45,338 bases of DNA from Octopus bimaculoides (Eukaryota), in assembly GCF_001194135.2 (NCBI RefSeq), contig NC_068982.1:91742379-91787716 (forward strand), written 5' to 3'. Under the pieces are notes generated by a model. It saw only the letters and a list, made by a program, of their open reading frames with translations. It was not told the DNA's origin and made no database searches. Positions within the stretch are counted from its first letter, which is position 1. Every line of letters begins with the position of its first letter. Below, in pieces: positions 10,650-23,187 of the stretch. The translations under genes were made by a program, and so were the position numbers.

Positions 10650-12030
10650 GAATTACTGTTGCTACTCGACACCTAAGAATTAAGGAACACCTGAGAAATA
10701 TTCACAATGCATGTTACTACGTGCATAAGCAGACTAATTATGTGGATAATGAATGTAGAAAATAAAAACAATACAAAACTCGGAATCAAACATTTGTTTT
10801 ATAACGTCATGAAATGAATATCATTGTAAGGTGAATAATATATTCACAGTGCACCAAATGCACAAATGCATCTCATGATAAAAATTAACAAAAAATCGAC
10901 AGAGATTCTGAACGTCAAAACCTTGTGGGGAAAATAATTAATTTTATAGCATGAGCTCAAGATCTGGTTGAAAAACAATTCTGTTATCGGGAAAAAATAG
11001 AAAAATCCTTTCTAACCGTACGCTTGGTCCTGGTCCACTTGCTGTTAACTGAAGGATGAAAATAAAAAGAACAATGTCATAATAAAAGAGCTCCTTCGCA
11101 GAAAGATCTTAAAATCAATTTGGCTTCAAATCTAGAATGAAAAGAAAGATTTTAATCAGAATACATCATCGCTAGAAACTACGAAAAACGAACACTTTAA
11201 CAACATTAACGGTAAAACATATAATAACTGACTTTGAAACTTTCATCAAAGCTGTGAAAAAGCTGCATAATACGAAGACATTAAGTAAAAGCCTAATTAG
11301 TCGGGTATGGGTCCAAAGTCTTGATGTTTTATAGGATATTATTAATGCATGTATTTTAAGGAATTGCGGAAGATATGATTAGCATATTGAATTGGCACAG
11401 ACAAATTTTGTAGCAAAGAATGAAAACTATAGACCATTGCATGCTTAAATATTATGTTCAAACTTTACACAAGCTATCTGAAACAATTCCGCTATATTGA
11501 GAGTAACTGATGAGCAGGTGCTTAATTGCAGGAGGTGGGGGCATTTAATTCTATTCCATTCTTATGGCTGCTGAAGCCACTGTAATTGGCAGAAATCTTT
11601 GTTGCATAGTTATTGCTAATGCAAGTCTTGCAAAGACCTAGTCAACGTTCCTACCCCTTGTGACTGAAAGCGGAATCACTGTCTCTGATATTATAAGTAC
11701 TTCAAAGGATAAATACTGTGTGCTTCTGGTTATTTTAACTCTAAGTTCATTGCTATTTCGTTTACAAATTGATCAAAATATATCATACAAACGTGCTGTA
11801 AGCAAAGATAGAGTGACCAAAGAATATCATACGAGACTTTAGAAGCTAAGGCCGCCAGACCTTTTCTATTACAACAAAGAATATCCCATAATGCATTTTC
11901 AGTACCAGTAATGATATCAACATTCAGTTGGGGTATAGAAGAAGTCCATCCAATAAATATTTAAACTCCAAGATCCTGACATTAACTAAATGCTTCCACG
12001 GGAATAATGATGTCGAAAGGTGAGAAGAAG
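10650..12030 (+). mobile_element. Heavily decayed R4/Dong-clade LINE
   Basis: Recognisable peptides KNENYRP(I)ACLNIMFKLYTSYL (about 11415-11480), IDQNISY..KDRVTKEYHTRL, and NAFSVPVMISTFSWGIEEVH; many stops. Confidence 0.7.
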
Positions 12031-12149
12031 CTTACGATTAGTGCAGACGACCCTTTTCTGTCGTATACTGTCACTCAGACAACTTCTGCTAAATAACATC
12101 AAAAATAAATTCTTTCTAATTGGTTTGCTAATTTTTTTTTTTTTTTTTT

Positions 12150-13170
12150 TGTTCGTGGTAATACAAAATTAATTTTTATCAATAATAATAATGAAATGAG
12201 TTCTCCAGTTTCTTTTTATTTTACTTTCACTCTTTGTGAAAGATTTGTTTAATTCTCCGAATGAAATTTTCAAAGTGTCAGGTTTTGCTGGTGATTTCAA
12301 TTTATATATTTCGTCTGATATTATTAATAACAATAAAAATAAGTTATGTACAACTGTATTATTAACAACAAAATGGACAAATAAAAATGAACAATTTGAT
12401 CCTTCGAAAATACAATTCATTTTCATAACTCAAAATCAGTCAATTACCAATGTAATCAGATATATATTATGATTCAATTGTTAATATCACAAAAAAAAAA
12501 CAATTAAAATTCTTGATATTTGGTTACAGGCATACTATTGAAATCATATAAAACAAATATCACTGCTTAATATTTAAACACTTGAGGTTATATAATAAGG
12601 CTAAGAAGAGGTTCAAGTACTGCATATCTTCAAGCTACTGAAAACTTTTTCAAGATCTACCTCTAATATAGCTATTTGTCATAAAGCAGCATTGACTCCT
12701 ACCATTTTCTTAATGGAAGCATCTAAAAAATATAAACTGCTAACTGTTCTATTTAAACAAAAAGTAAGCAAAGCAAAGTCATATCTGATAACCTCTATAG
12801 GAAAAACAATAACAATCCTTTAAAATAATAATCTAATAATTTAAGAGATAGAAAATTACTATAATAATTTTATTCAGTCAGACTGTTTTAACAACTGGGT
12901 CAGTTGGACAGATTCAGGCAATGAAACAGCGTGTAGAGCTACTTGGAATTTTTAGCATAATAGTAAAAAAATTAACAGCATTATTTTACAATATTTATGT
13001 TTCAGAGTGTTGAGGAATAATGTCTTTAGATTTTACTAAAGAAATATAAAAAAGAGATTTTTTTTTATTTATTTGATAGTTTATATAATCTACTTTTATT
13101 TCAAACAACAAAAAATACTGCTTCAGATAGTTGTAAATATCTAAGATCTTTATTTGAAACTAATAAACAA
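12150..13170 (+). mobile_element. Decayed L1/Tx1-type ORF2: APE endonuclease and linker
   Basis: FVKDLFNSPNEI...AGDFNL (APE GDFN motif), DPSKIQFIF..., and GKTITIL*NNNLII*EIENYYNNF (linker resembling G.TITD..EI..EI.NFY..LY); many stops. Confidence 0.55.
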
Positions 13171-13179
13171 ATAGATTGC

Positions 13180-13430
13180 TATGGAGAAGCTCTTAACTAC
13201 CAAAACGTCTCCGACTTTGAGACAGCCAGGATCGTCATGCAGAAGGAGAAAGAACCCAGCATAGAACAGAGTCCAATCTACCCCCACATGACGGAGGCCA
13301 CTACTGCAATCACTGCAAAAGGATCTTCAAATCCTGGATAGACCTGAATTTCCACCATGAGACAACTCTGTAAAGCATCGAACAAAGAATACTGTGAAAC
13401 TCTGTCCTACCGAACCCTTATTCGTCGAAG
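13180..13430 (+). mobile_element. RTE-clade LINE 3' end
   Basis: ALNYQNVSDFETARI... followed by a C2H2-like HYCNHCKRIFKSWIDLNFH and a short 3' UTR. Confidence 0.6.
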
Positions 13431-13439
13431 CGACAAAGA

Positions 13440-13720
13440 GAGATTCAATGGATAAATGAATAACAATGATTTAGATATCAGGTTCCAAGAAATAAGGGAA
13501 GCAATAAAATATGTGAGTTTTTTTTAAAGGAAAATGATAATACAAACAGAAATAATAGATATAAAATTATATTCTAAATCTATCATAAGTAGAATCATTT
13601 GGTAGATACTCAATCGATCGAGTGTAGAAAATATATTGAAAAGTATCACTAGATAAACTATGAAACTTTAATCCTCCAATATCGCAGGCAGACTTATTAT
13701 CTGCTAAAACTTAACAGTTA
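13440..13720 (+). mobile_element. Probable continuation of the decayed L1/Tx1 ORF2 (start of RT region)
   Basis: DLDIRFQEIREAIK resembles the LINE motif LD..I...EI..AIK that precedes RT. Confidence 0.4.
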
Positions 13721-13789
13721 ATGACAATACAATATTTTGTTTAATACATATATTTCAATGTAAAAAAATTATTAGAATGAATAACATAA

Positions 13790-13957
13790 AACATTGGTTT
13801 CAAATTTTAGTACAAGGTCAATAATTTTAGGAAAGACGGGTAGTTGATGACATCAAGCCCGAAAGGATAAGTTGACTTCGGTGGAATTTGAACTCAGAAC
13901 GTAAAGAACCTTAAGGAATTTTTGTGCGACGTGATAACGACTCTGCCAGCTCGCTGC
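13790..13957 (-). mobile_element. SINE family C (Meta-domain-like), internally deleted
   Basis: Minus strand: tRNA-like head, GAGTTCAAATTCCACCGAAGTCAAC..CCTTTCGGG, and tail CCTTGTACTAAAATTTGAAACC. Confidence 0.75.
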
Positions 13958-14039
13958 TTTGATGACAAGGATAAAATCAGATATGTTTCGGTCAAAAATT
14001 GGCCCAGGCCATTCATAGCACTACCTGATAGGATTTGTT

Positions 14040-14870
14040 AAGTCAAATTTGTGGTACATGACCCATTCAAGTAGTGAGTTGTTGACCGAGTATAGTATGA
14101 CTTGAAGAAATTTGTCCCGGCATCGTTTGAAGTTGATGGGATCTTTTTCTTTTTGTTTTGTTTTTGGATAAGGTTAAATAAAGCAGGGCTTGTTGAGGAA
14201 AAAATTTGTATTGCAGTGTATTTATGTGTCGTGATCCAGAATTGTACACTGGGGGCGTATGACACGTGATTAAGCCTTGGATCAATTCTGAATTTGATGT
14301 TAAGGTTGTTTGGACAATGTTAATGGTATATTCTCCACGTAGTGCAAATGATATAGCTTTCATGTCAGCGTTGGAGAGAATAAAGATTCAATGTTTTAAA
14401 GAAGTCCCAGTAATTAAGCTCAGTCATGCCATTTTACTTTTTTCAGTGATTTCTGTCTGAGGTGACACAGTTCTCGTAACGTTTTGTTTGGTGTGGAAAG
14501 ACCACAGGGGGCAGCAGTTTTCTAGGTGTGGCCATAGAAAGGAAGAGAAAAGGGGAATTACATCTTGCTCTATGGGCTGGAAAGTTCTGAGGATCCAGGA
14601 ACTCATCCTGCTTGCTATATCAACTTTATTGTTGATGTGAGCACTCCAGCCGAGATTTTTGTCCTAAATTCCTGAAATTATTTGGATGTTGTGAGTGGTT
14701 CTCCTGCAGGAAGTGAATATGGTTGGTCGAGCGCATTGAGATAAAATATTAAATGCAGTTTTGAGAACACCAGTGTTAAAGATACAATTTATTTGCAAAG
14801 TTCTATCACATCAAAGACTTAGAAAATAACGTATCTTAGATATAGACTCGTTATTTTCTGTCTTCCATGG
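14040..14870 (-). mobile_element. CR1/L2-like LINE 3' remnant
   Basis: IPLFSSFLWPHLENCCPLWS, LYSLQR*HESYIICTTWRIYH*HCPN, FSSTSPALFNLI; frameshifted. Confidence 0.8.
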
Positions 14871-15275
14871 TATTTGAAACTGCACACTAAGTTTTCGAAG
14901 ATATGAACTTTAAATAAGGAAATGTAATAACTATAGTGTTTCTGGGATCTTTTCCTTTTCATGGGCAGCTCGATTAATTAATTTTCTTTGAAACTTTGTA
15001 TACTGGTAAAATGTGTCATATAGAACATCTTTTACTCTTAGCGTTGTTGAGAAAAGTTTCTATTTTCGAAGTTATTTCGTATTAAAGTTGTCGTGTTTCT
15101 GTAATTTCAACCAATCAATGATATGTATTCAGCTGAATAAAATTACTGCTGTCGTTTGTAAACAACAACTATCGGCGGTGTATATTTCATTTGTCACTGT
15201 TATTTATGACATCGTTCCTGCGTTTGTACTGGTTTTAGCTTTAAAAAAATTTACCTATATTCAAACACATGCAGA

Positions 15276-15598
15276 CGATAGAAACAGAACCAAAGGAGCG
15301 GGAATCAGTAGAAGGGACTCAACAGCAGGTTTTGAAAAATAAGGCATTTGTAGTTTACTACGGTAAGAATGTGGACGTGGAAAAGAGGATTTCCAAGTGG
15401 AAGGGTTTAATAAGGGTGAAACTACCCAGGAAGGATTTCACGGATGGACAAAATTGTGTATTATTGAATGAAGACAGATACAGCACATTTGTAAAAACAT
15501 ATGGAAAGTATTTAATTAGAATTGGCGGGCCGGTGGGGTTTGATACCCTACCACCCATAATTCAACATAAAGACTTGGAAAGTTTTAAAATATTGTAA
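15276..15598 (+). CDS. Unidentified open reading frame or candidate terminal exon (about 107 codons)
   Basis: Non-repetitive open frame TIETEPKERES...KAFVVYYGKNVDVEKRISKWKGLIRVKLP...FKIL* after catgcag|. No family recognised; could be a retroelement ORF1 fragment. Confidence 0.35.
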
Positions 15599-17443
15599 AA
15601 TATAAACATTTAAAAATGAAGATGTGAATTTTTAAAAGGCAAAAAAAAAAGCTGTTCAAAAAATAACCTCTAAATGTAACCACTTGACTTCGGGTTGTCG
15701 AGTGGGCATTGCGCCTCATTTTATCATTTTCATATTTTCATTCGTTCTTTTCATTTTTTCTTCACTCGATTTCTTTCTGTATTTTTATTTCCCTGATTAT
15801 GTGTCCTATATTGTTTTGTAATGTCCCATCTATGTTTGGCCCCTTGTGGATAATAAAAAAATTGAGGACGTTGATGTTGCTTTGGCGGAGGTTTGCGCTC
15901 TCTGAGTGCTCTTGTTCTAGGATGGATTCGGATTTATGTAAGAATTTTGGAAAAAAATTATTGAGAAATAGTGACGTTATTTCGTGATAAACAAACTAAT
16001 ATCGACGCTTAAAAATATGAATCTAAACCACTGCGAATGACTACAAGCTAAAAAAAAATTAAAATTCTGATTAAGTTTAATAAAATGAAAGAAAGAACAT
16101 AGAAAAATAGAGAAAATCATATTTAAATATCTTTGGCTGTTAAATCTTTTGGCTGATTCTATGAAATAAAATATTTTATAAATAGTTGGTAGACCCTTGA
16201 ACGTTAATTGTATCGTAAATATTGGTAATCTTTTGAAAAACTTGAATATTTTATCTCTCTCAGACTAATAATTTTAACATTGAAATACATAATACTATAA
16301 TGTGTCTGAATAGTCGCCACGATAACATAAACATAAAATTATTAGATATAAGCGCTTCATGTTAGCATGAAATTTTTTTCTTTTACATTTAAATGTGTTT
16401 ATATTCATAAAATATTCAGGTATCATGCTCTCTCTGTATTTCTCTCTCTATCTATTTATCTACTATATATATATATATATATATNNNNNNNNNNNNNNNN
16501 NNNNNNNNNNNNNNNNNNNNNNNNNNNNNNNNNNNNNNNNNNNNNNNNNNNNNNNNNNNNNNNNNNNNNNNNNNNNNNNNNNNNNNNNNNNNNNNNNNNN
16601 NNNNNNNNNNNNNNNNNNNNNNNNNNNNNNNNNNNNNNNNNNNNNNNNNNNNNNNNNNNNNNNNNNNNNNNNNNNNNNNNNNNNNNNNNNNNNNNNNNNN
16701 NNNNNNNNNNNNNNNNNNNNNNNNNNNNNNNNNNNNNNNNNNNNNNNNNNNNNNNNNNNNNNNNNNNNNNNNNNNNNNNNNNNNNNNNNNNNNNNNNNNN
16801 NNNNNNNNNNNNNNNNNNNNNNNNNNNNNNNNNNNNNNNNNNNNNNNNNNNNNNNNNNNNNNNNNNNNNNNNNNNNNNNNNNNNNNNNNNNNNNNNNNNN
16901 NNNNNNNNNNNNNNNNNNNNNNNNNNNNNNNNNNNNNNNNNNNNNNNNNNNNNNNNNNNNNNNNNNNNNNNNNNNNNNNNNNNNNNNNNNNNNNNNNNNN
17001 NNNNNNNNNNNNNNNNNNNNNNNNNNNNNNNNNNNNNNNNNNNNNNNNNNNNNNNNNNNNNNNNNNNNNNNNNNNNNNNNNNNNNNNNNNNNNNNNNNNN
17101 NNNNNNNNNNNNNNNNNNNNNNNNNNNNNNNNNNNNNNNNNNNNNNNNNNNNNNNNNNNNNNNNNNNNNNNNNNNNNNNNNNNNNNNNNNNNNNNNNNNN
17201 NNNNNNNNNNNNNNNNNNNNNNNNNNNNNNNNNNNNNNNNNNNNNNNNNNNNNNNNNNNNNNNNNNNNNNNNNNNNNNNNNNNNNNNNNNNNNNNNATAT
17301 ATATATATATACGTATGTATATATGTGTGTGCGTGTGCGCGCACACACACACACACACATACATACATACATACATACATACATACATACATACATACAT
17401 ACATACATACATACATACATACATACATGCGTATGTATGTATG

Positions 17444-18173
17444 TTAGAAGTCAGATCAATAGATATCCGGACTGTTGCTATGATATCGAAGTTAAAGCAC
17501 GCAGAGTAGAACCGCTAAGCGAAGATTGACCTTCAACTCTGCTGTGCGTGCGCACTAGATTTTAACGTTCTAGCTCACTTCCGCTTTTTGCAGCAATGCT
17601 TGGAAGGAAGGTGTGTAGCGTGTGATTGTCGCATTGACCATGATAGAAATTTGTCATAGCGATACCTGTTCAGAGGTCTACACAACATTGCAGAAAGTGT
17701 ATGGAGAGGAGTGTATGAGCTGCACACAAGTGTACGAGAGGTTCAGACGTTTCCAAGACGGCCGAAAAAATGTCGATATTGACGAACGTTCTAGGAAACC
17801 CGCAACCAGCAGAATTGAGAAAAACATCGCAGATGTGCGTCCAGTTGTGAGGGGAAATCTTCGAATCACCATCCCTGAGTTATCAGAGGATGTGAAGATT
17901 AGTTACGGTTCAGTTCAGTCCATTATCACTGAAGATTTGGATATGAGATGCGTGTCTGCTACGTTTGTGCCAAAACTGCTTTCGGCTGACCAAAAAGACA
18001 CTCGGGTTTCAGTTGCACAAGATCTCCTTGATTATCTCGAGAACGATGAAAACTTTTTAGAAACTTTGCGTTGACCTCTGAGCAGATATCGGGAAGCTTT
18101 TGGCAAAATTTGATGCAGATCTCTGCTTAGCTTTCTCTGTCATGTTCAATGCGACGATCATACACTACACAAC
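17444..18173 (+). mobile_element. Non-autonomous mariner derivative: transposase N-terminus plus an inverted copy of its own 5' region
   Basis: LQKVYGEECMSCTQVYERFRRFQDGR (HTH), RITIPELSEDVKISYGSVQSII, FVPKLL (WVPHEL equivalent); no DD34D domain. 18073-18173 is the reverse complement of 17611-17678. Confidence 0.88.
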
Positions 18174-18744
18174 NNNNNNNNNNNNNNNNNNNNNNNNNNN
18201 NNNNNNNNNNNNNNNNNNNNNNNNNNNNNNNNNNNNNNNNNNNNNNNNNNNNNNNNNNNNNNNNNNNNNNNNNNNNNNNNNNNNNNNNNNNNNNNNNNNN
18301 NNNNNNNNNNNNNNNNNNNNNNNNNNNNNNNNNNNNNNNNNNNNNNNNNNNNNNNNNNNNNNNNNNNNNNNNNNNNNNNNNNNNNNNNNNNNNNNNNNNN
18401 NNNNNNNNNNNTATGTTCTAGGCAAGAGAAAAAGCTGTGCCCACGACACTTTTCAAGGTCTCCGAGACTAGTGTGAGGGAGGAAGCTTTTCTCAAACCGG
18501 AAGCTTAGTCTGAATACTAGTAAAGTGGACTCCGTCAAAGGCACCCGGAAAAGTATGTTTGCTTTTGAGTTTAATGTGTGTATATGTTACGACTTATCTC
18601 TTCTTTGATTCTCCGTGTTTTTTTTTTTCCATCTTTCATATGCGCTGTTGGTGGAAAAAGAACCTGGCTTTGAAGCTATTTCAATTATCGAGGCCCTTTA
18701 CTTGGTACTTTTTTTTTACTCCAAACGCTGTTTGTAGTGCTTAA

Positions 18745-19070
18745 CTTTGTTGTTGTTGTTGATGATGGTGATAATTAGCCCCAAATTATCCCTAATCGAG
18801 CGGAGATACGATCAGAGAAATTTCAGACCTTTTTTTTTATGTATAATATACCTTGGTATATTATACATACGTTTATTTTATGAAATCAAAACCATATTTT
18901 ACAAGCATTGATTTTCTTGGTTTTTGTTGTGTTTTTTTCTAACCTTAAGTAAGTTGTTTTCTAAGATAGCAGAGTATTTGACTGCTATTTGTGGAAGGGT
19001 GATTTGACTGCTATTTGTGGTAGGTCAAAAGACCACATAAAGGATCACATTTGCAGTTAGGTAAACCACT
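18745..19070 (+). repeat. Dispersed repeat family D
   Basis: GTT run followed by AGCCCC..CCCTAATCGAGC..GATCAGAG. Related segments at about 19230-19300, 24020-24100, 24965-25090, 33810-33910, 42845-42915 and 44240-44490. Confidence 0.55.
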
Positions 19071-19298
19071 GAGTGCGGCATGATCAAATGTGTCCAGCAA
19101 AAATAAGGGTTCAATGAAGGGGATAATGAAACGATCCCTTGGCTCCCAAAAACGTGCGGTTTCATCAACATTAGTATTATATGAGCCCTTCAGCTATTAT
19201 CACCATTACCTTATAAGTTCCAAATAATAATCGATGCCACGAGAGTTTTTCATCGTCATCGTTCAGGACTCGATCAGGGCTCATTTAGGGCTAAACAA

Positions 19299-19674
19299 CA
19301 CTCCGTCGCTTACGACGTCGAGGGTTCCAGTTGATCCGATCAACGGAACAGACTGCTCGTGAAATTAACGTGCAAGTGGCTGAGCACTCCACAGACACGT
19401 GTACCCTTAACGTAGTTCTCGGGGATATTCAGCGTGACACAGTGTGACAAGGCTGACCCTTTGAATTACAGGCACAACAGAAACAGGAAGTAAGAGTGAG
19501 AGAAAGTTGTGGTGAAAGAGTACAGTAGGGTTCACCACCATCCCCTGCCGGAGCCTCATGGAGCTTTAGGTATTTTCTCTCAATAAACACTCACAACGCC
19601 CGGTCTGAGAATCGAAACCGCGATCCTATGACCGTGGGTGCGCTGCCCGAACCACCGGACCATTGCGCCTCCAC
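19299..19674 (-). mobile_element. SINE family A with target-site duplication
   Basis: Close match to 790-1174; flanked by GCTAAACAACA at 19290-19300 and 19675-19685. Confidence 0.95.
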
Positions 19675-20564
19675 GCTAAACAACAACAATTTGACTATCG
19701 CCATCTCGAGTTTCTTTAGACTGTCTTGAGTTTGATTATAAATGAGTGACTTGGTTTATAAACGGTTCAGGTGATGTTCGGCTTGACAGATGGAAAAGAA
19801 GCTCGAGATTGCGCTCGTCCAGTTAATGATCCTGTCTCACAACTTGAGTTTTAATCCAAAACAATTTTCGGAATAAAAAATATTACAATTCGTTAAATTC
19901 TTATCCTCGGGAAATGTAGATTCAAATTTTATTCAAAGAAAATACAATAGAAATCATTAAGAAAAAATATTTACACAGCAGTGTCTTGAGAAATAATTAT
20001 TTACTTTTCATTTGTTTATTTGAGACTAATATGTTTCTTATCAAGCAACTAAATTGACTCTCTTGATTCCTGAACGGCCAGTTAAGTAAATCCATTTGTA
20101 TAATTTGTAATTCTTTAGTTCCACGTGAATACAATGTTGTTTATTTTATGAAATCGAAACAATATTTTACAAGCATTGATTTTCTTGTTTTTTTTTTTTC
20201 TAATCTTAAGATATAAATATTTTTCTAGGACTATTAATGCTTTTCTCTTTGGTTCCATCGCTTAGCACGTCTGGTCGTAAACCAAAACGCTGTTGGTCTC
20301 AACAAGGTGTGGTGGTGCATGCGAACTTTTACGCTTGTTTTAGTGTACAACAATAGCAGTAACAGCCAGAACTCCAACCAACTAATTTTAAGTTCATTCT
20401 ATATTTTTATTCATTTTGCATTTAAAAACAAAAATACAAGACACGGATTTAAAAGTAATACATAATTACTGTTTCATAATTAGAAACAAAGCAAATTTTT
20501 ATAAACAGTGTTCTTAATGGTTTTTCATTTTGCACTGTCATCTTTTATCTTTTATTTGTTACAT

Positions 20565-20765
20565 TCATTAGGATGCAGTCATGCTGGGGCACAGCCTTGA
20601 ATAATTTTAGTCGGACTAGTCGACCCCAGTATTTTTATTAAGCCTAATACTTATTCTGACGGCCTCTGTTCCCAAACCATTAAGTTACGGGGATGTAAAC
20701 ACGCCAACACCAGTTTTCAATCAGTGGTGGGGACAAACACAGACACAAGACACAAAGACACACGC

Positions 20766-20817
<52 letters not shown>

Positions 20818-20925
20818 NNNNNNNNNNNNATACAACAGGCTTCCTTCAGTTTCCATCAACCAAATAGCCCGAGGCTATAATAGAAAACACTTTCCCAAAG
20901 TACCACGCAATGGAATTGAACCTAC
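20565..20925 (-). mobile_element. SINE family B with internal microsatellite
   Basis: Tail (..CCCCAGCATGACTGCAT), central TGTTTGTCCCCACCAC block, TACA/TA repeat, then a partly deleted head. Confidence 0.82.
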
Positions 20926-22099
20926 ACTTCTTATCACACATCCAAAACGTAAAATAAAAAAAAATAAAAGTAATATATAAGATGTAGGCAGCAACAGCCC
21001 TTTCATCTAAGATTCATTTTTGCGAAATTATCTGTTAGTTTATTATAATACACCTCAGTCAAGTGCCTTTTCAATTGTGAAGAAAGTTAAAGAAGGCAAT
21101 TTATAATCGCCTTTATTAGAAAGAAGGCACTACATGTACATGAATCAATTAAAAGATCGTTTGGCTTGAAAAGTGTATTACGACGAGCATAGATTAGGGT
21201 AAATGGAATACGACATTTGCTTTTGTTGTAGTTGTTTCTGATTTTATCTTTCGGTCTTTTTTGCGTTGCTCAGCGCATTAGGTGGTCATTAATAAGTCAC
21301 TAACAATCAAGAATTTAAGTACATATTTTATGAACTGTTGCTCGTCACTTGAAATTGCCTTATTACTGGTGTTAATTACCTCTTTGTTGTAGGTGTGTTT
21401 GAATGAAAGAAATTACTGCGTAAGACGCCTGAGCGCGTGACTGCTAAAAGTTCTTATTTGTTCACATCATCAAAATACTTTCGGGTATAAGCTACTAAAT
21501 TCAGTAATCACATTTTTAAAATAGCCAAATATTTTACCTGAAATATTTAGAACAGAATCTAAAGATAGTAAGTAGGATTCAGCTATGAATTTCTATGGGG
21601 AATTAAATATTTCTTTACTCTCTGCAATTTCATCATGGAATTTGTGTTTTGCATTCTCTTTATTACTTGTATTTTGTAGCAATGTCCCATTTCGGTCCAT
21701 TTCGATTGATACTCAATCTGTTTGAATTGAAATTCATACTTATTTCAAATATTTTTATGTGATTTTTGAAAAAGCTTAATCAGATCTGAACTCTTGTCAA
21801 ATCTCGACTATTTTTCTGTAAATAGATGGATAAATTATTTTAACACATGTCTTTTACCTTTGTTTACGGTCCTAAAGAAATTGAAGCTAATGTGCATCTT
21901 AGAGAATTTGTCCTCAAAATGTAAAATGATGTCACTAAATGCAGCAAAGTATTTTGGTCGGCGCTATATCATTTCTTATATTTAACAGACAACACCTTCT
22001 TATATTTTATTGATGATACCTTCTTTTCCATTCACCAAAGTGAATGGAGCTTTGGTCAGGAGGAATGATGTCATCAGGTGATATCCAACGACCATCATG

Positions 22100-22480
22100 T
22101 GTTTCGACCCTGAACCGTAAAACACTCCCGTTGGTGGATCAGCAAAAGTGGTCAAATTTCTGCTCATCATCTCTTCCAGCTTTACTTCTCTTTCTCTCTA
22201 ACCAGCAAGAGTCTCTTTCGGTTGCCGCTCTCATCCTGCGCACACCCATCCTTCGCTTTTTTTCCCCCTTATTCCAATGGCTGTAAGCATTTTCTGTACC
22301 GACTGGACAGGGAATCCACTACAACCAGCCTCGACTGAGAAAAGCCATGACTGCCATCCTTTCTCTCTGCAATCCTGCAGAAGGCTCTCGTACTTGGCAT
22401 GCTTCCAATCAAAGTAATTTTTCCGGTGCTATACCATTTCTTAATCACACCACTCGAACAGCAGCAACAGTAATAATGGA
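22100..22480 (-). mobile_element. HERO/NeSL-like (R2-superfamily) retrotransposon 3' end, RLE domain
   Basis: HRKNYFDWKHAKYESLLQDCREKGWQSWLFSVEAGCSGFPVQSVQKMLTAIGIRG...ERDSCWL matches the K..KY..L..C...GW.....PVEVGCRGF pattern. Confidence 0.78.
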
Positions 22481-22539
22481 CAGCGACGATCTACCTACTG
22501 TATTACAATACCACCACAACCGGTACTAACTGTCAATAA

Positions 22540-22680
22540 TAGCTTCAAATCTTGGCACAAAATCAGCAATTTTAAGTGAGAAGTGAGTAGATTTCATCGA
22601 CCCCAGTGTTCAGCTAGTCATTATTTTGTCGACTCCGACAGGCTGAAAGGCAAAGTCGAGCTCGACGGGATTTGCGCTTA
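22540..22680 (-). mobile_element. SINE family C fragment
   Basis: TTCAAATCTTGGCACAA tail; ATCGACCCCAGT..GGCTGAAAGGCAAAGTCGA body. Confidence 0.78.
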
Positions 22681-23099
22681 GAAGCAATTGTTAATGATAA
22701 TAGCTATTTTTCTATCATTTCTTTTGCTATTGACAATGTTACCTCTGAACCGTGCACTTGTGCGTACGTACAAATGCTTTATAGGTAACGCACAAAGGAA
22801 AAATATGTGTGCACACAAAGTTTTCATGATGGAATTGACCTTTTTTTAAATGGAGATGGTCACTGGCATTGATGTTCACTTATTTTTTTTTTTTTCAAAA
22901 ACAGGACAAAATTTGCACCAAGCAAATTCCTATTCACAAACAATAAAAAGAAAATCAAGAGGAGACAATAGCTGTTGGTAAATATTTATTTGCATTTATA
23001 TCAATATCCGAATTTCACATATATATTGCGTGCATATTATTGCATATACATCAGATTTCATTACATCTATTGTTGATAAGTTCCAGTGATGTAATAAAT

Positions 23100-23103
<4 letters not shown>

Positions 23104-23187
<84 letters not shown>

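Noticed and set aside
12191-13100. Gene in an alternative genetic code (MK*VLQFLFILL..., read-through of TGA/TAA)
   Set aside because: All three stop types and frameshifts occur, and GDFN plus linker motifs fit a decayed LINE ORF2 better.
16367-17509. Long ORFs spanning N runs (also about 4481-4958, 18100-18544, 23449-23985, 26314-26784, 34973-36316)
   Set aside because: They are open only because N codons translate as X and the flanking microsatellites lack stops.
21393-21419. 27-nt micro-exon (ttgttgtag|...|gtaaga)
   Set aside because: Too short to distinguish from chance without transcript data.
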